Below are positions 56,043-64,000 of a DNA stretch of 64,000 nucleotides, in pieces. A program made the position numbers and the translations under genes. This stretch comes from Desulfovibrio sp. (GTDB taxonomy: Bacteria > Desulfobacterota > Desulfovibrionia > Desulfovibrionales > Desulfovibrionaceae). Numbering within the stretch: position 1 is the first letter of the stretch; every line of letters starts with the position of its first letter. Under the pieces are notes generated by a model, which saw only the letters and a program-made list of their open reading frames with translations, had not been told where the DNA came from and did not search any database. The stretch is taken from positions 44,770-108,769 of the forward strand of contig NZ_WASP01000019.1 of NCBI RefSeq assembly GCF_009712225.1, written 5' to 3'.

Positions 56043-56255
56043 GAAAGCCTCCTGAGCGTACTGGCGGCAAATGCCGCACACAGGCAAAAATATTGTGGAT
56101 CATGCTGGTGCAAGATTTTGCGCCAGATCAGCAGGTATAACAAACCGCCCGGTATTTATGCGCGCCTGCTCATTGAGGCACCACGCAGGTTCCGCAGGGT
56201 GGGGTTTGTCATAGACAAGGGCCGCCCGGTATCTCCAGGCGGCCCTTCTTACAGA

Positions 56256-57314
56256 CTAGAAGTTGATGATGACCTGTTCCTGGGCGTCATCCTTGGAGCG
56301 GCGGGCTATGTCGCCTATGCACCAGGCCCGCAGTTTGAAGGCCTGGATGCGGCTGATGGCTTCCTCGGCCTGATCGGCGGGCACAACCAGCACAAAGCCG
56401 ATGCCGCCGTTGAAGATTTGCAGAATTTCAGGCCAGCTGAGGTTGCCCGCTTCCTTGAGCCAGTTGAAGACCGGGGCCATCTGCCAGCTGCCAAAATTAA
56501 TGCGCGCTTCCACCTGTGCGGGCAGCACACGGGGAATATTGTCGTAAAAGCCGCCGCCCGTGATGTGGGCCATGCCCTTGACGTTCATGTCGCGCAGCAG
56601 GGGACGCACCGCTTCCACATAGATGGTGGTGGGTGTCAGCAACACATCGCCAACGGTTGCTCCGTCCGCTCCAGGGAAGGGATCGGTAAGGGCAAGGCCG
56701 CTCTGTTCAAGCACCTTGCGGGCCAGGGAGTAGCCGTTGGAATGCAGGCCGGACGAGGCAATGCCGATGATCTTGTCGCCCACCTGAATGCCGGAGCCGT
56801 CGATAAGCTTGGCATTGTCCACAATACCCACGCAGAAACCGGCAAGGTCGTATTCACCGGGCGCGTACATGTCGGGCATTTCGGCGGTTTCGCCGCCGAG
56901 CAGCGCGCAGCCAGCCTGACGGCAGCCTTCGGCCACGCCGCCAATGACGGTCTGGGCCGTTTCTACATCAAGCTTACCGGTGGCAAAATAGTCTAGAAAA
57001 AACAGGGGGTTTGCGCCCTGAACCAGAATGTCGTTGACACTCATGGCCACAAGGTCGATGCCCACGGTATCGTGTTTGTTGCAGGCAAAAGCCACCTTGA
57101 GCTTGGTTCCCACACCGTCGGTGGAAGAAACAAGCACAGGCTCGGTCATGCCGTTGAGGTCAGGCCGGAACAGGCCGCCGAAGCCGCCAATGTCGGAAAT
57201 GACGCCTCTGGTCTGCGTGCTCTGAACCATGCCTTTGATGCGCGAAACAAGTGAGTTTCCCGCCTCGATATCAACGCCTGCCTGGGTGTAGGCTTTTGCG
57301 CGGTCGCTGGACAT
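56256..57314 (-). CDS. purM: Phosphoribosylformylglycinamidine cyclo-ligase (AIR synthetase)
   Basis: Start re-set to the ATG at 57314 after AGGAGG. YTQAGVDIEAGN, STDGVGTKL, DYFATGKL. A strong 10-bp hairpin at 56216-56246 follows the stop. Confidence 0.95.
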   Translation of the reverse strand: MSSDRAKAYTQAGVDIEAGNSLVSRIKGMVQSTQTRGVISDIGGFGGLFRPDLNGMTEPVLVSSTDGVGTKLKVAFACNKHDTVGIDLVAMSVNDILVQGANPLFFLDYFATGKLDVETAQTVIGGVAEGCRQAGCALLGGETAEMPDMYAPGEYDLAGFCVGIVDNAKLIDGSGIQVGDKIIGIASSGLHSNGYSLARKVLEQSGLALTDPFPGADGATVGDVLLTPTTIYVEAVRPLLRDMNVKGMAHITGGGFYDNIPRVLPAQVEARINFGSWQMAPVFNWLKEAGNLSWPEILQIFNGGIGFVLVVPADQAEEAISRIQAFKLRAWCIGDIARRSKDDAQEQVIINF

Positions 57315-57457
57315 CCGATGCCTCCTTTGAATCTGCGCTACATAACACAGCTTCGGCCAAACCCCAAGCGACTTTTTGAGGCTCTTCCCGCGAGTTTTTT
57401 CATAGACCGCCCTTGTCACCGCTGGTAGAATGGGACCGGAGGGGAAAGGAGCGTGCC

Positions 57458-58555
57458 ATGCGTGGATATGCCAGTCTGTATTTTTTCTGCGCCGTACTGA
57501 CGTTCGTTTCTCCTGCTGCGCCCAATGCGGCAGAAAACGCAGCAGAATACCGCGCGCCTGTTGCCGGGGCAAAGCTTGGGCCTGTTGCGCCTGTGCAGCC
57601 TGCCCCGCAAGCCCAGCCAGGCCAACAGGGCAACGCCGCCGCACAGGCGGCGGGGCAACCGTCTCAGGCAGGCGGTTTGGCTGCTGCCCAGAACCAGAAT
57701 GCCCCTTACACCGGCGGGCAAAATCCGCCGTCCGGCCAACCTTCGGCCCCCATGCAGCCCGGCACGGCAGGTGCGCCTGCGCCGTGGCCTTCCGGGGGCA
57801 TGATGCCCTATTCATCCATTGGCGGGCTGCCAGCGACGGCCCCACAGCCCGATGCTTCCGGTATGCCTGCTGCGGCCCAGGCTCCCGATACGCCAGCCGC
57901 ACCCGGCTATGACCCCGGTTACGCGCCGTACCCGCCTGCCCCATATCCCGCGAACCCGTATCCGGCGGGCCAGTACCCCGCTGCTCCATACCCTTCTGCA
58001 CCGTATTCAGGCGGGCAGGGGGGCGATGCCGTGTACGGCACAAGCCAGCTACAGGGCGAAAATTTCAACGACAGGGGCCTCGCTACCCAGTATCGTGACC
58101 CACAAACTGGCGATATTGTTACTTCTGTTGTTCCACCCAGCCCGCCAGAGCAGCAGAACTACGGTACCATCTTTGTGGCCCCCCAAATTTACCCCGATGG
58201 CAACAACTGGGGCGGCAACCCCTATGGCCCCATGCCCAGACCCGGCCAACCCTACATGCAGCCCCCGGTCATGTGGCAGCCGCCCCCGCAGTATGTCAGA
58301 CCAGCCGACCCTGACCGGCATCGGCATTCTGACCGCAGGCATGATGACCGCCGACATGACGACAGGTATGATGGCCGTTACAATGGCACGCCACCGCCTC
58401 CGCCTCCGAACCAGGGCCAGTATCCGGGCCAGTACCCGGGGCAGCATGATTTCCGCGGCGGAGACAGGTACGACTCTCGGCAGGGCCCGCAGGGCAATTC
58501 AACGTATGACCAGCGCGATGCAGACAGAAGCCGCGATGGAAGGGAGAGGCGGTAA
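57458..58555 (+). CDS. Exported proline/glutamine/tyrosine-rich protein with a His/Asp/Arg-rich C-terminus
   Basis: The ATG at 57458 follows GGAAAGGAG. Hydrophobic N-terminus MRGYASLYFFCAVLTFVSPAAPNA. PYP-type repeats. C-terminal DRHRHSDRRHDDRRHDDRYDGRY. Confidence 0.65.
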   Translation: MRGYASLYFFCAVLTFVSPAAPNAAENAAEYRAPVAGAKLGPVAPVQPAPQAQPGQQGNAAAQAAGQPSQAGGLAAAQNQNAPYTGGQNPPSGQPSAPMQPGTAGAPAPWPSGGMMPYSSIGGLPATAPQPDASGMPAAAQAPDTPAAPGYDPGYAPYPPAPYPANPYPAGQYPAAPYPSAPYSGGQGGDAVYGTSQLQGENFNDRGLATQYRDPQTGDIVTSVVPPSPPEQQNYGTIFVAPQIYPDGNNWGGNPYGPMPRPGQPYMQPPVMWQPPPQYVRPADPDRHRHSDRRHDDRRHDDRYDGRYNGTPPPPPPNQGQYPGQYPGQHDFRGGDRYDSRQGPQGNSTYDQRDADRSRDGRERR

Positions 58556-58557
58556 GC

Positions 58558-59562
58558 ATGCTTGCAGCTCTGTGGGATAGCCAGCCTGACGGTTCCGTAT
58601 TGTGCCGCCTGTGCGCGCACCGCTGTCGCATACGCAATGGTGCCAAGGGCATTTGCGGGGTGCGTGTAAACATGCGCGGCAAGCTGGTTTCGCTGGTCAG
58701 TCAGGTTGTGACGGCCGCGGCCATGGATCCGGTGGAAAAAAAGCCCCTGTACCATTTTTTGCCCGGTACCAGAATTTTTTCTGTGGGCAGTGCCGGATGT
58801 AATTTTTCCTGCAAATTTTGTCAGAACAGCAACATAGCGCATGTGCCCGAAAACGGCATGGTTCCGGGCAAGCGGGCCGCCCCGGAGGATCTGCTGCTGC
58901 TTGCCCAGAGCAATCACGCCCAGTCCATGGCCTTTACCTACAACGAACCCACGGTTTTTTTTGAGCTGCTGTACGAAACAGCGGGCATGGCCCTCAAAAA
59001 GGGCATTCGCAGCGTTCTGGTGACCAACGGCTACATGTCCAAGGATTGTCTGGCGGCCCTGAGCCGATGTATATGCGCGGCCAATGTGGATCTGAAGTCG
59101 TTTCGCGATGATTTTTACCGCAAGTATTGCGGGGCGCGCCTGCAACCTGTGCTTGAAAGCCTGAAGACCATCAAGAAAATGGGCTGGTGGCTTGAGGTTA
59201 CAACTCTGATTATTCCCGGTGTCAACGACGGAGCGGAAGAGCTGGCGGAGCTGGCAGCGTTTATTCGCGACGAGCTCGGGCCCGATACTCCTTGGCATGT
59301 TTCGGGTTTTCATGGCGCGCACTTGATGATCGACCACCCGGACACGCCTCTGGCCACACTGGAGAAAACCTGGAGCATCGGGCGTCAGGCCGGTTTGCAG
59401 TATGTGTATATTGGTAATGCCCGCAGCGCTCTTGGCAGCAACACGTTTTGCCCCGCTTGTGGGGCTGTGGTTGTGGAACGCGACATGTATGACACGCGAC
59501 TACGCTCGGTGGAGGGAAAATGCCCCTCGTGCGGCGTGCAGATTCCGGGAGTCTGGAAATAA
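58558..59562 (+). CDS. AmmeMemoRadiSam-system-type radical SAM enzyme (PflA-like activase fold)
   Basis: N-terminal CRLCAHRCRIRNGAKGICGVR, DPVEKKPLYHFLPG, and radical SAM cluster CNFSCKFC (Cx3Cx2C). Starts 2 nt after the upstream stop. Confidence 0.88.
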   Translation: MLAALWDSQPDGSVLCRLCAHRCRIRNGAKGICGVRVNMRGKLVSLVSQVVTAAAMDPVEKKPLYHFLPGTRIFSVGSAGCNFSCKFCQNSNIAHVPENGMVPGKRAAPEDLLLLAQSNHAQSMAFTYNEPTVFFELLYETAGMALKKGIRSVLVTNGYMSKDCLAALSRCICAANVDLKSFRDDFYRKYCGARLQPVLESLKTIKKMGWWLEVTTLIIPGVNDGAEELAELAAFIRDELGPDTPWHVSGFHGAHLMIDHPDTPLATLEKTWSIGRQAGLQYVYIGNARSALGSNTFCPACGAVVVERDMYDTRLRSVEGKCPSCGVQIPGVWK

Positions 59563-60065
59563 TGATTCTTGTGTACACAGGTGACGGCAAAGGTAAAACA
59601 AGTGCCTGCGTGGGCCAGACCGTGCGCGCCCTTGGACAGAATATGACGGTGGCTTTTGGGCAGTTCATGAAGCGCGACGGGCAGGCGGGCGAACAGGCAA
59701 TGCTGGCGCGACTGCTGGGTGACCGTTTTCTGGCTGGCGGGCTGGGTTTTTTGCGCAACGATGCGGATCGACCCTCGCACCGGCAGGCGGCCCTGCGTGT
59801 GCTTGAATGGGCGCAGGCGCAGCTTGAGCAGGTGGATATGCTGGTGCTGGACGAAAGCCTGTATGCGCTTGGTTCTGGCATTGTTGAAAGGCAGGAACTG
59901 GAGCAGCTCATGGCGGCGGCGCGCTCCCGGAGGCGGCATCTGGTGCTCTCTGGCCGCAATGCGCCCGACTGGCTGGTGGAGGCGGCGGATCTGGTCACCT
60001 CCATGACGGAGATCAAACATCCCTGGCGCACGGGCGTAAAGGCCGCGCCGGGCATAGAATTTTAG
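59562..60065 (+). CDS. cobO: Cob(I)yrinic acid a,c-diamide adenosyltransferase (CobO/BtuR type)
   Basis: The ATG shares one base with the upstream TAA (TAATG). VYTGDGKGKTSA P-loop, MLVLDE, and C-terminal KHPWRTGVKAAPGIEF parallel E. coli BtuR. Confidence 0.92.
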   Translation: MILVYTGDGKGKTSACVGQTVRALGQNMTVAFGQFMKRDGQAGEQAMLARLLGDRFLAGGLGFLRNDADRPSHRQAALRVLEWAQAQLEQVDMLVLDESLYALGSGIVERQELEQLMAAARSRRRHLVLSGRNAPDWLVEAADLVTSMTEIKHPWRTGVKAAPGIEF

Positions 60066-60096
60066 GCTGCCCGCATCTGCAAAGGAACACCATCCA

Positions 60097-60600
60097 ATGG
60101 CCCAGTTGACCATTTACGTTGCCGGATCGTTCAAACACAAACATGGGGTGCGCCTGTTGGGGCGCGAATTGCGGGCCATGGGCTGCCGCATGCTGGACTG
60201 GACAGACAAGGCCGTGCCGCCGCCGGGGCTTACCCCTGCCGAGCGGCGTATCTGGATGGATACCGACCGCGACGGCGGCGAAGTGTACGCCTTTTGCCAC
60301 CACGCCTGCCTGACGGCGGACATGGTGATTTATTACGGCGCTTCGGGACAGGATGCCGGAGTTGAGGTGGGGCTGGCCGCCGGTGCCGGGGTGCCCCTGC
60401 TGGGCATACGCGGGCCGCTCGAGGGCCCTGGGCTCATGCTGCACGGCGCGGTAAACGGCTGGGTCGACAGCGTGGAAGATGCGCTGGAAACTGTGGCAGC
60501 CCTGCTGGCCTACGCGACTAACGGCTGGAAGGGCTTTGAGGCCGAGAGCAACCCCGTGCTGTGCCGGCTTGGCGCAAAACTGCGGGAGCGGCTGGCCTGA
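60097..60600 (+). CDS. Hypothetical protein, tentatively nucleoside 2-deoxyribosyltransferase-like fold
   Basis: N-terminal IYVAGSF and later GASGQDAGVEVGLAAGAGVP resemble the YxAGPxF ... E-containing pattern of the deoxyribosyltransferase-like superfamily. Weak call. Confidence 0.45.
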   Translation: MAQLTIYVAGSFKHKHGVRLLGRELRAMGCRMLDWTDKAVPPPGLTPAERRIWMDTDRDGGEVYAFCHHACLTADMVIYYGASGQDAGVEVGLAAGAGVPLLGIRGPLEGPGLMLHGAVNGWVDSVEDALETVAALLAYATNGWKGFEAESNPVLCRLGAKLRERLA

Positions 60601-60725
60601 CCTGACACCACATTGCTCATGCCTGCGCGGCCCCAAGTGTTCTCATCATATTTTTTTCAGCGCATGACAAAGCCCCCAAAACAGTTTCTGTCTTGGGGGC
60701 TGATTTGTTTATGCAAAAGGGTTTG

Positions 60726-61415
60726 CTACGGCAGGTCGCGCGATTCCACGTCGCCCGATTTACCGCCACTGCTGGCAGGTTTGCCATAGCTTGGCGTGCT
60801 GCCACCCGAGGGTTCCATGCTGCCGTCCATGGGGCTAACCCCCGATGCGTGTTCTGGTCGCATGTTGTCAAGCTGGCCTGCCTTCTGGGGCAGCATGAGG
60901 TAACTTGTAACCGCAGTTACGCCAGCAACTCCACGCGCGGCCTGTATGGCAAGCTGTTTTTCCGACTCATCCTTGACCACGCCCAGCAGAACAACGCGGC
61001 CCGAATTGACCTCTGTGTCAATGCGGGTGGACGAAAGCCCCTTGGTGCCAATGAGGTCTTTACGCAGCTTGGTAGCCAGCACAAAATTGCTGGTGTCGCT
61101 GGTGGCGGGGGTAAACCAGTGCGTGGTGACCGAGCGGGGTTTGTAGCGGTTGGCGATGGTCACAGCCTTGCCCTGCATGTGATCGGGCACTTCGCCCACT
61201 AGGAACACGTGGCCGTAGAAGCTGTATACTGCCACAGACCAGCCGCCAGAGAAGCTTTCATCCAGCAGGGCTGTTTTGATTTTTGCGGAGAGTTCCTTAT
61301 CGTCCGACATGGTTCCCATAAGCCGCTGGTCGTCATAGATGGAATATCCGGTGTAGGCGCAACCGTTAATAAGCGTCATGGAAAGCAGCAGCAAAAGAAG
61401 AGCAAGTCGTTTCAT
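60726..61415 (-). CDS. BON-domain lipoprotein (OsmY/DolP-like)
   Basis: The ATG at 61415 follows AGGAGG. Lipobox LINGC. Two BON-like segments (..VYSFYGHVFLVGEV.., ..VNSGRVVLLGVV..). Disordered Ser/Gly/Pro tail. Confidence 0.8.
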   Translation of the reverse strand: MKRLALLLLLLSMTLINGCAYTGYSIYDDQRLMGTMSDDKELSAKIKTALLDESFSGGWSVAVYSFYGHVFLVGEVPDHMQGKAVTIANRYKPRSVTTHWFTPATSDTSNFVLATKLRKDLIGTKGLSSTRIDTEVNSGRVVLLGVVKDESEKQLAIQAARGVAGVTAVTSYLMLPQKAGQLDNMRPEHASGVSPMDGSMEPSGGSTPSYGKPASSGGKSGDVESRDLP

Positions 61416-61508
61416 GGAACCCTCCTGAGGCCCGCATTGCGGGCGAAACATCATTAACGAACCTGTCGGGCTGCATCCCGGGGTGGGGGCAGCATGTATC
61501 CACCCGGC

Positions 61509-62759
61509 TTACTCGTGTTCACGCCGAATGCGCGCGCCAACGGCATTCAGCTTGTGCTCGATGCTTTCGTAGCCACGGTCAAGGTGGTAGATGCGGCGCA
61601 CTTCTGTAACGCCCTTGGCCGCAAGGCCCGCAAGCACCAGCGAAGCGCTGGCGCGCAGGTCAGAGGCCATTACGGGCGCGCCAGTGAGCTTTTGTACGCC
61701 GCGCACCATGGCAGTGTGACCAGAAACCTTGATCTGTGCGCCCATGCGCATGAGCTCAAGCACATGCATGAAGCGGTTTTCAAAAATACTTTCTTCCACC
61801 ACGCTGGCTCCTTCTGCCAGGCACATGAGTGCCATGAGCTGGGCCTGCATATCGGTGGGGAAGCCGGGGTAGGGCTGGGTTTTTACGTCCGTGCCGCGCA
61901 AGGGGCCTGCACAGCGCGCCAGCACTCCTTCGGGGGTGCTGGTTATTTCCATGCCCATGCTACGCAGCTTGAGAATGACAGCTTCCAGATCCTTGAAGGG
62001 ACAATTGCGCAGCATCAGCTCGCCGCCGGTAATGCCCGCTGCAACCAGAAAGGTGCCAGCTTCTATACGGTCGGGCATGACGGGGTATTCACCATCGTGC
62101 AACGAGGTGACGCCCTGAATGCGGATGACAGATGTGCCGTGCCCTTCGATTTTTGCACCGCAGGCACGCAAAAAGTTGGCAAGGTCCACAATTTCTGGTT
62201 CGCGCGCGGCGTTTTCGAGCACAGTTTCGCCCTCGGCAAGGGCTGCGGCCATGAGCAGGTTTTCCGTGCCGCCCACGGTGGGCATATCAAAAGAAATATG
62301 CGCGCCCTTGAGTTTGCGGCAGCGGCCAATGATGTAGCCTTCTTCAAGCTGAAAGCTCGCGCCCATGAGTTCAAGGCCCTTGAGGTGCTGGTCTACCGGG
62401 CGTGCGCCAATGGCGCAGCCGCCGGGCAGGGCCACGCGGGCCTGACCAATGCGCGCCAGCAGCGGGCCAAGGCACAGCACCGAGGCGCGCATTGTGCGCA
62501 CCAGATCATAGGGAGCCTCCGGCAATAAATTGCCGGGCTGCACCTGCACCCGATGGTCGGCGTATTCGCAGGTGCAGCCCAACATGTTCAGGAGCTTGAT
62601 GGTGGTGTGAATGTCTCGCAGGTTGGGCACATTGGTGATGGTGACCGGCTCTGACAGCAGTATGCATGCAAAAAGAATGGGCAGGGCCGCATTTTTTGAG
62701 CCGCTGACCTCAATGCCGCCAGTAAGCGGAACGCCGCCTTCAATAACCAGTTTGTCCAT
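61509..62759 (-). CDS. murA: UDP-N-acetylglucosamine 1-carboxyvinyltransferase
   Basis: Start re-set to the ATG at 62759. [28 protein letters not shown] and the active-site region [13 protein letters not shown]. Confidence 0.95.
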   Translation of the reverse strand: MDKLVIEGGVPLTGGIEVSGSKNAALPILFACILLSEPVTITNVPNLRDIHTTIKLLNMLGCTCEYADHRVQVQPGNLLPEAPYDLVRTMRASVLCLGPLLARIGQARVALPGGCAIGARPVDQHLKGLELMGASFQLEEGYIIGRCRKLKGAHISFDMPTVGGTENLLMAAALAEGETVLENAAREPEIVDLANFLRACGAKIEGHGTSVIRIQGVTSLHDGEYPVMPDRIEAGTFLVAAGITGGELMLRNCPFKDLEAVILKLRSMGMEITSTPEGVLARCAGPLRGTDVKTQPYPGFPTDMQAQLMALMCLAEGASVVEESIFENRFMHVLELMRMGAQIKVSGHTAMVRGVQKLTGAPVMASDLRASASLVLAGLAAKGVTEVRRIYHLDRGYESIEHKLNAVGARIRREHE

Positions 62760-62950
62760 GTGTGTCCCCGAAATATGTTTGTCGCTGAGATATGTTGCCA
62801 GCGCCCGTATTCGTGAAAGGCGCTGCTGGCTTGCAAATATGAAGATTTTTTGAAGGCTGCGGAGCGGCATTTTTCTGCGCGCCGGGCAACTTTTGGGAGT
62901 GTAGTTATTTTCCTAGATAAAATCCAGGTGGAGCTATGTGGAAAAAATGC

Positions 62951-62979
62951 TTGCAAAAGAAAAAATACCTGCGTATATG
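62951..62979 (+). promoter_or_regulatory. Sigma70-like promoter for tRNA-His
   Basis: TTGCAA (62951-62956), 17-nt spacer, TATATG (62974-62979). The tRNA begins 12 nt downstream. Confidence 0.55.
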
Positions 62980-62990
62980 AATCTTCCCGT

Positions 62991-63067
62991 GGCGGAAGTA
63001 GCTCAGTAGGTAGAGCACCTGGTTGTGGCCCAGGTGGCCGTGGGTTCAAGTCCCATCTTTCGCCCCA
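62991..63067 (+). tRNA. tRNA-His (anticodon GTG) with encoded G-1 and CCA
   Basis: G-1 pairs with C73. Acceptor GCGGAAG/CTTTCGC, anticodon stem CCTGG/CCAGG with loop TTGTGGC, T loop TTCAAGT. Confidence 0.95.
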
Positions 63068-63074
63068 CAATTTT

Positions 63075-63103
63075 CCCGCGCCGCAATGGCGCGGGTTTTT
63101 TTT
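63075..63103 (+). terminator. Terminator-like hairpin plus T8 between tRNA-His and tRNA-Pro
   Basis: cccgcgcc-gcaat-ggcgcggg followed by tttttttt, which ends at the base before tRNA-Pro position 1. Confidence 0.8.
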
Positions 63104-63180
63104 CGGAGCGTGGCGCAGCCTGGTAGCGCACCTGCTTTGGGAGCAGGAAGTCGCTGGTTCGAATCCAGTCGCTCCGACCA
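63104..63180 (+). tRNA. tRNA-Pro (anticodon TGG), CCA encoded
   Basis: Acceptor CGGAGCG/CGCTCCG, D arm GCGC/GCGC, anticodon stem CCTGC/GCAGG with loop TTTGGGA (G37), T loop TTCGAAT. Confidence 0.95.
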
Positions 63181-63186
63181 TATATC

Positions 63187-63223
63187 AAGGCATCGCCGTC
63201 TTTTTGACGGCGATGCCTTTTTT
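63187..63223 (+). terminator. Rho-independent terminator after tRNA-Pro
   Basis: 14-bp perfect stem aaggcatcgccgtc/gacggcgatgcctt followed by tttt. Confidence 0.85.
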
Positions 63224-63420
63224 CGTGCGACGCTCGTGCGACGCGGCTATCGCTCATCGCGCAGCCGCTACCCCTTCAATTGCATCCGTGATCCAGAGCC
63301 CTGCGGGCATGACTCGTCTGGTATGGGGTTTTTGGGAGGTATTGGTTCAATCGAGCTATAATTTCCCCATGGCATACAGTGCGGATAGCAGGATTGTGGG
63401 GTTGCTGCATGATCAAATGC

Positions 63421-64000
63421 TTATGCCATGCTGCAGTCCTCATCACTCCATTGTGCAGACCGGTTTCTACCATTCTTTTTGGCCGTATACATGGCGCAGT
63501 CTGCTGCGCGAATACCGTCCTCCAGTGCTGTGCTGCATGCCTGGATTTCATGCGAAAGTTCCGCGACGCCAATGCTTGCCGTGATGTTAAATGTGATGGA
63601 ATCGTATGTGACTGGAGTCGCTTCAACTTCCCTGCGAATCTTTTCAGCAAGGTACATTGCAGCCTCTGCCGTTGTTGAAGACGCCAGTATCGTGAATTCC
63701 TCTCCACCAAAGCGGGCGCATATATCGGATGATCTGGTATGATTTTTCAAAATGGCACTGACGGTTTGCAGGGCTGTATCGCCAGCCTGATGCCCAAATG
63801 TGTCGTTGACGCTTTTAAAGTGATCCAGATCCAGCACCAGACATGTGCAGCTGACTCCACTGCGGCGGCAAATTTCAATAACTTTGCATCCGTCTTTTTC
63901 AAGACTTCGCCTGTTCGCAAGGCCTGTAAGAGGATCTGTAAGATTGCTCAGTTCCAGTTCCTGTACGTATGAAGATATTTTTTTGGCCATATCGCAGAAG
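63421..64000 (-). CDS. GGDEF-domain diguanylate cyclase, N-terminus outside the window (partial)
   Basis: DPLTGLANRR, LDLDHFKSVND, active-site RFGGEEF, YTAKKNGRN. The reading frame stays open to the window edge. Confidence 0.85.
   Translation of the reverse strand, partial: FCDMAKKISSYVQELELSNLTDPLTGLANRRSLEKDGCKVIEICRRSGVSCTCLVLDLDHFKSVNDTFGHQAGDTALQTVSAILKNHTRSSDICARFGGEEFTILASSTTAEAAMYLAEKIRREVEATPVTYDSITFNITASIGVAELSHEIQACSTALEDGIRAADCAMYTAKKNGRNRSAQWSDEDCSMA

Overview
GC-rich window (by eye), almost fully coding, dominated by housekeeping genes. I saw no IS elements, integrases, prophage genes, CRISPR arrays or recognisable defence genes. The gene content suggests an anaerobic, probably Desulfovibrio-like (Desulfovibrionales) chromosome; this is inference only. 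That content includes anaerobic cbi-type cobalamin genes, NfnAB, a NifX/MinD-ferredoxin cluster, a CD3324-family gene and an AmmeMemoRadiSam radical SAM enzyme. Recognisable blocks, in order:
- nfnAB and an aldehyde dehydrogenase.
- A cobalamin operon: DapF-like gene, cbiD, cobL, cobM.
- rpmH-rnpA-yidD-yidC-jag, then mnmE plus three tightly coupled genes.
- A DUF47-Pit phosphate pair, argD, dut, trmFO.
- tRNA-Val, thrS-infC-rpmI-rplT-pheS-pheT, rpe-tkt-pgk.
- purM, cobO, murA, tRNA-His and tRNA-Pro.

The ORF track writes M for GTG/TTG starts, so I re-derived several starts from RBS and signal-peptide evidence. Most long antisense ORFs are GC-rich shadow frames.

Best candidates for under-described biology:
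1. A self-contained six-gene NifX-like / ferredoxin-inserted MinD ATPase / DUF134 cluster at 49941-53920, with no nitrogenase genes nearby.
2. An operon joining a large proline-rich secreted protein, an orphan AmmeMemoRadiSam-type radical SAM enzyme, cobO and a deoxyribosyltransferase-like protein (57458-60600).
3. A two-cysteine DapF-fold gene leading the cobalamin operon.
4. A 1.1-kb poorly coding region (8242-9351) holding a structured repeat family. One copy is split by a 40-nt insert flanked by an 11-bp duplication.
5. Unusual insertions in conserved operons: a 368-nt spacer between rpmI and rplT, and a gene between pheS and pheT.

All family assignments come from reading motifs in the translations. 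No database search was run.
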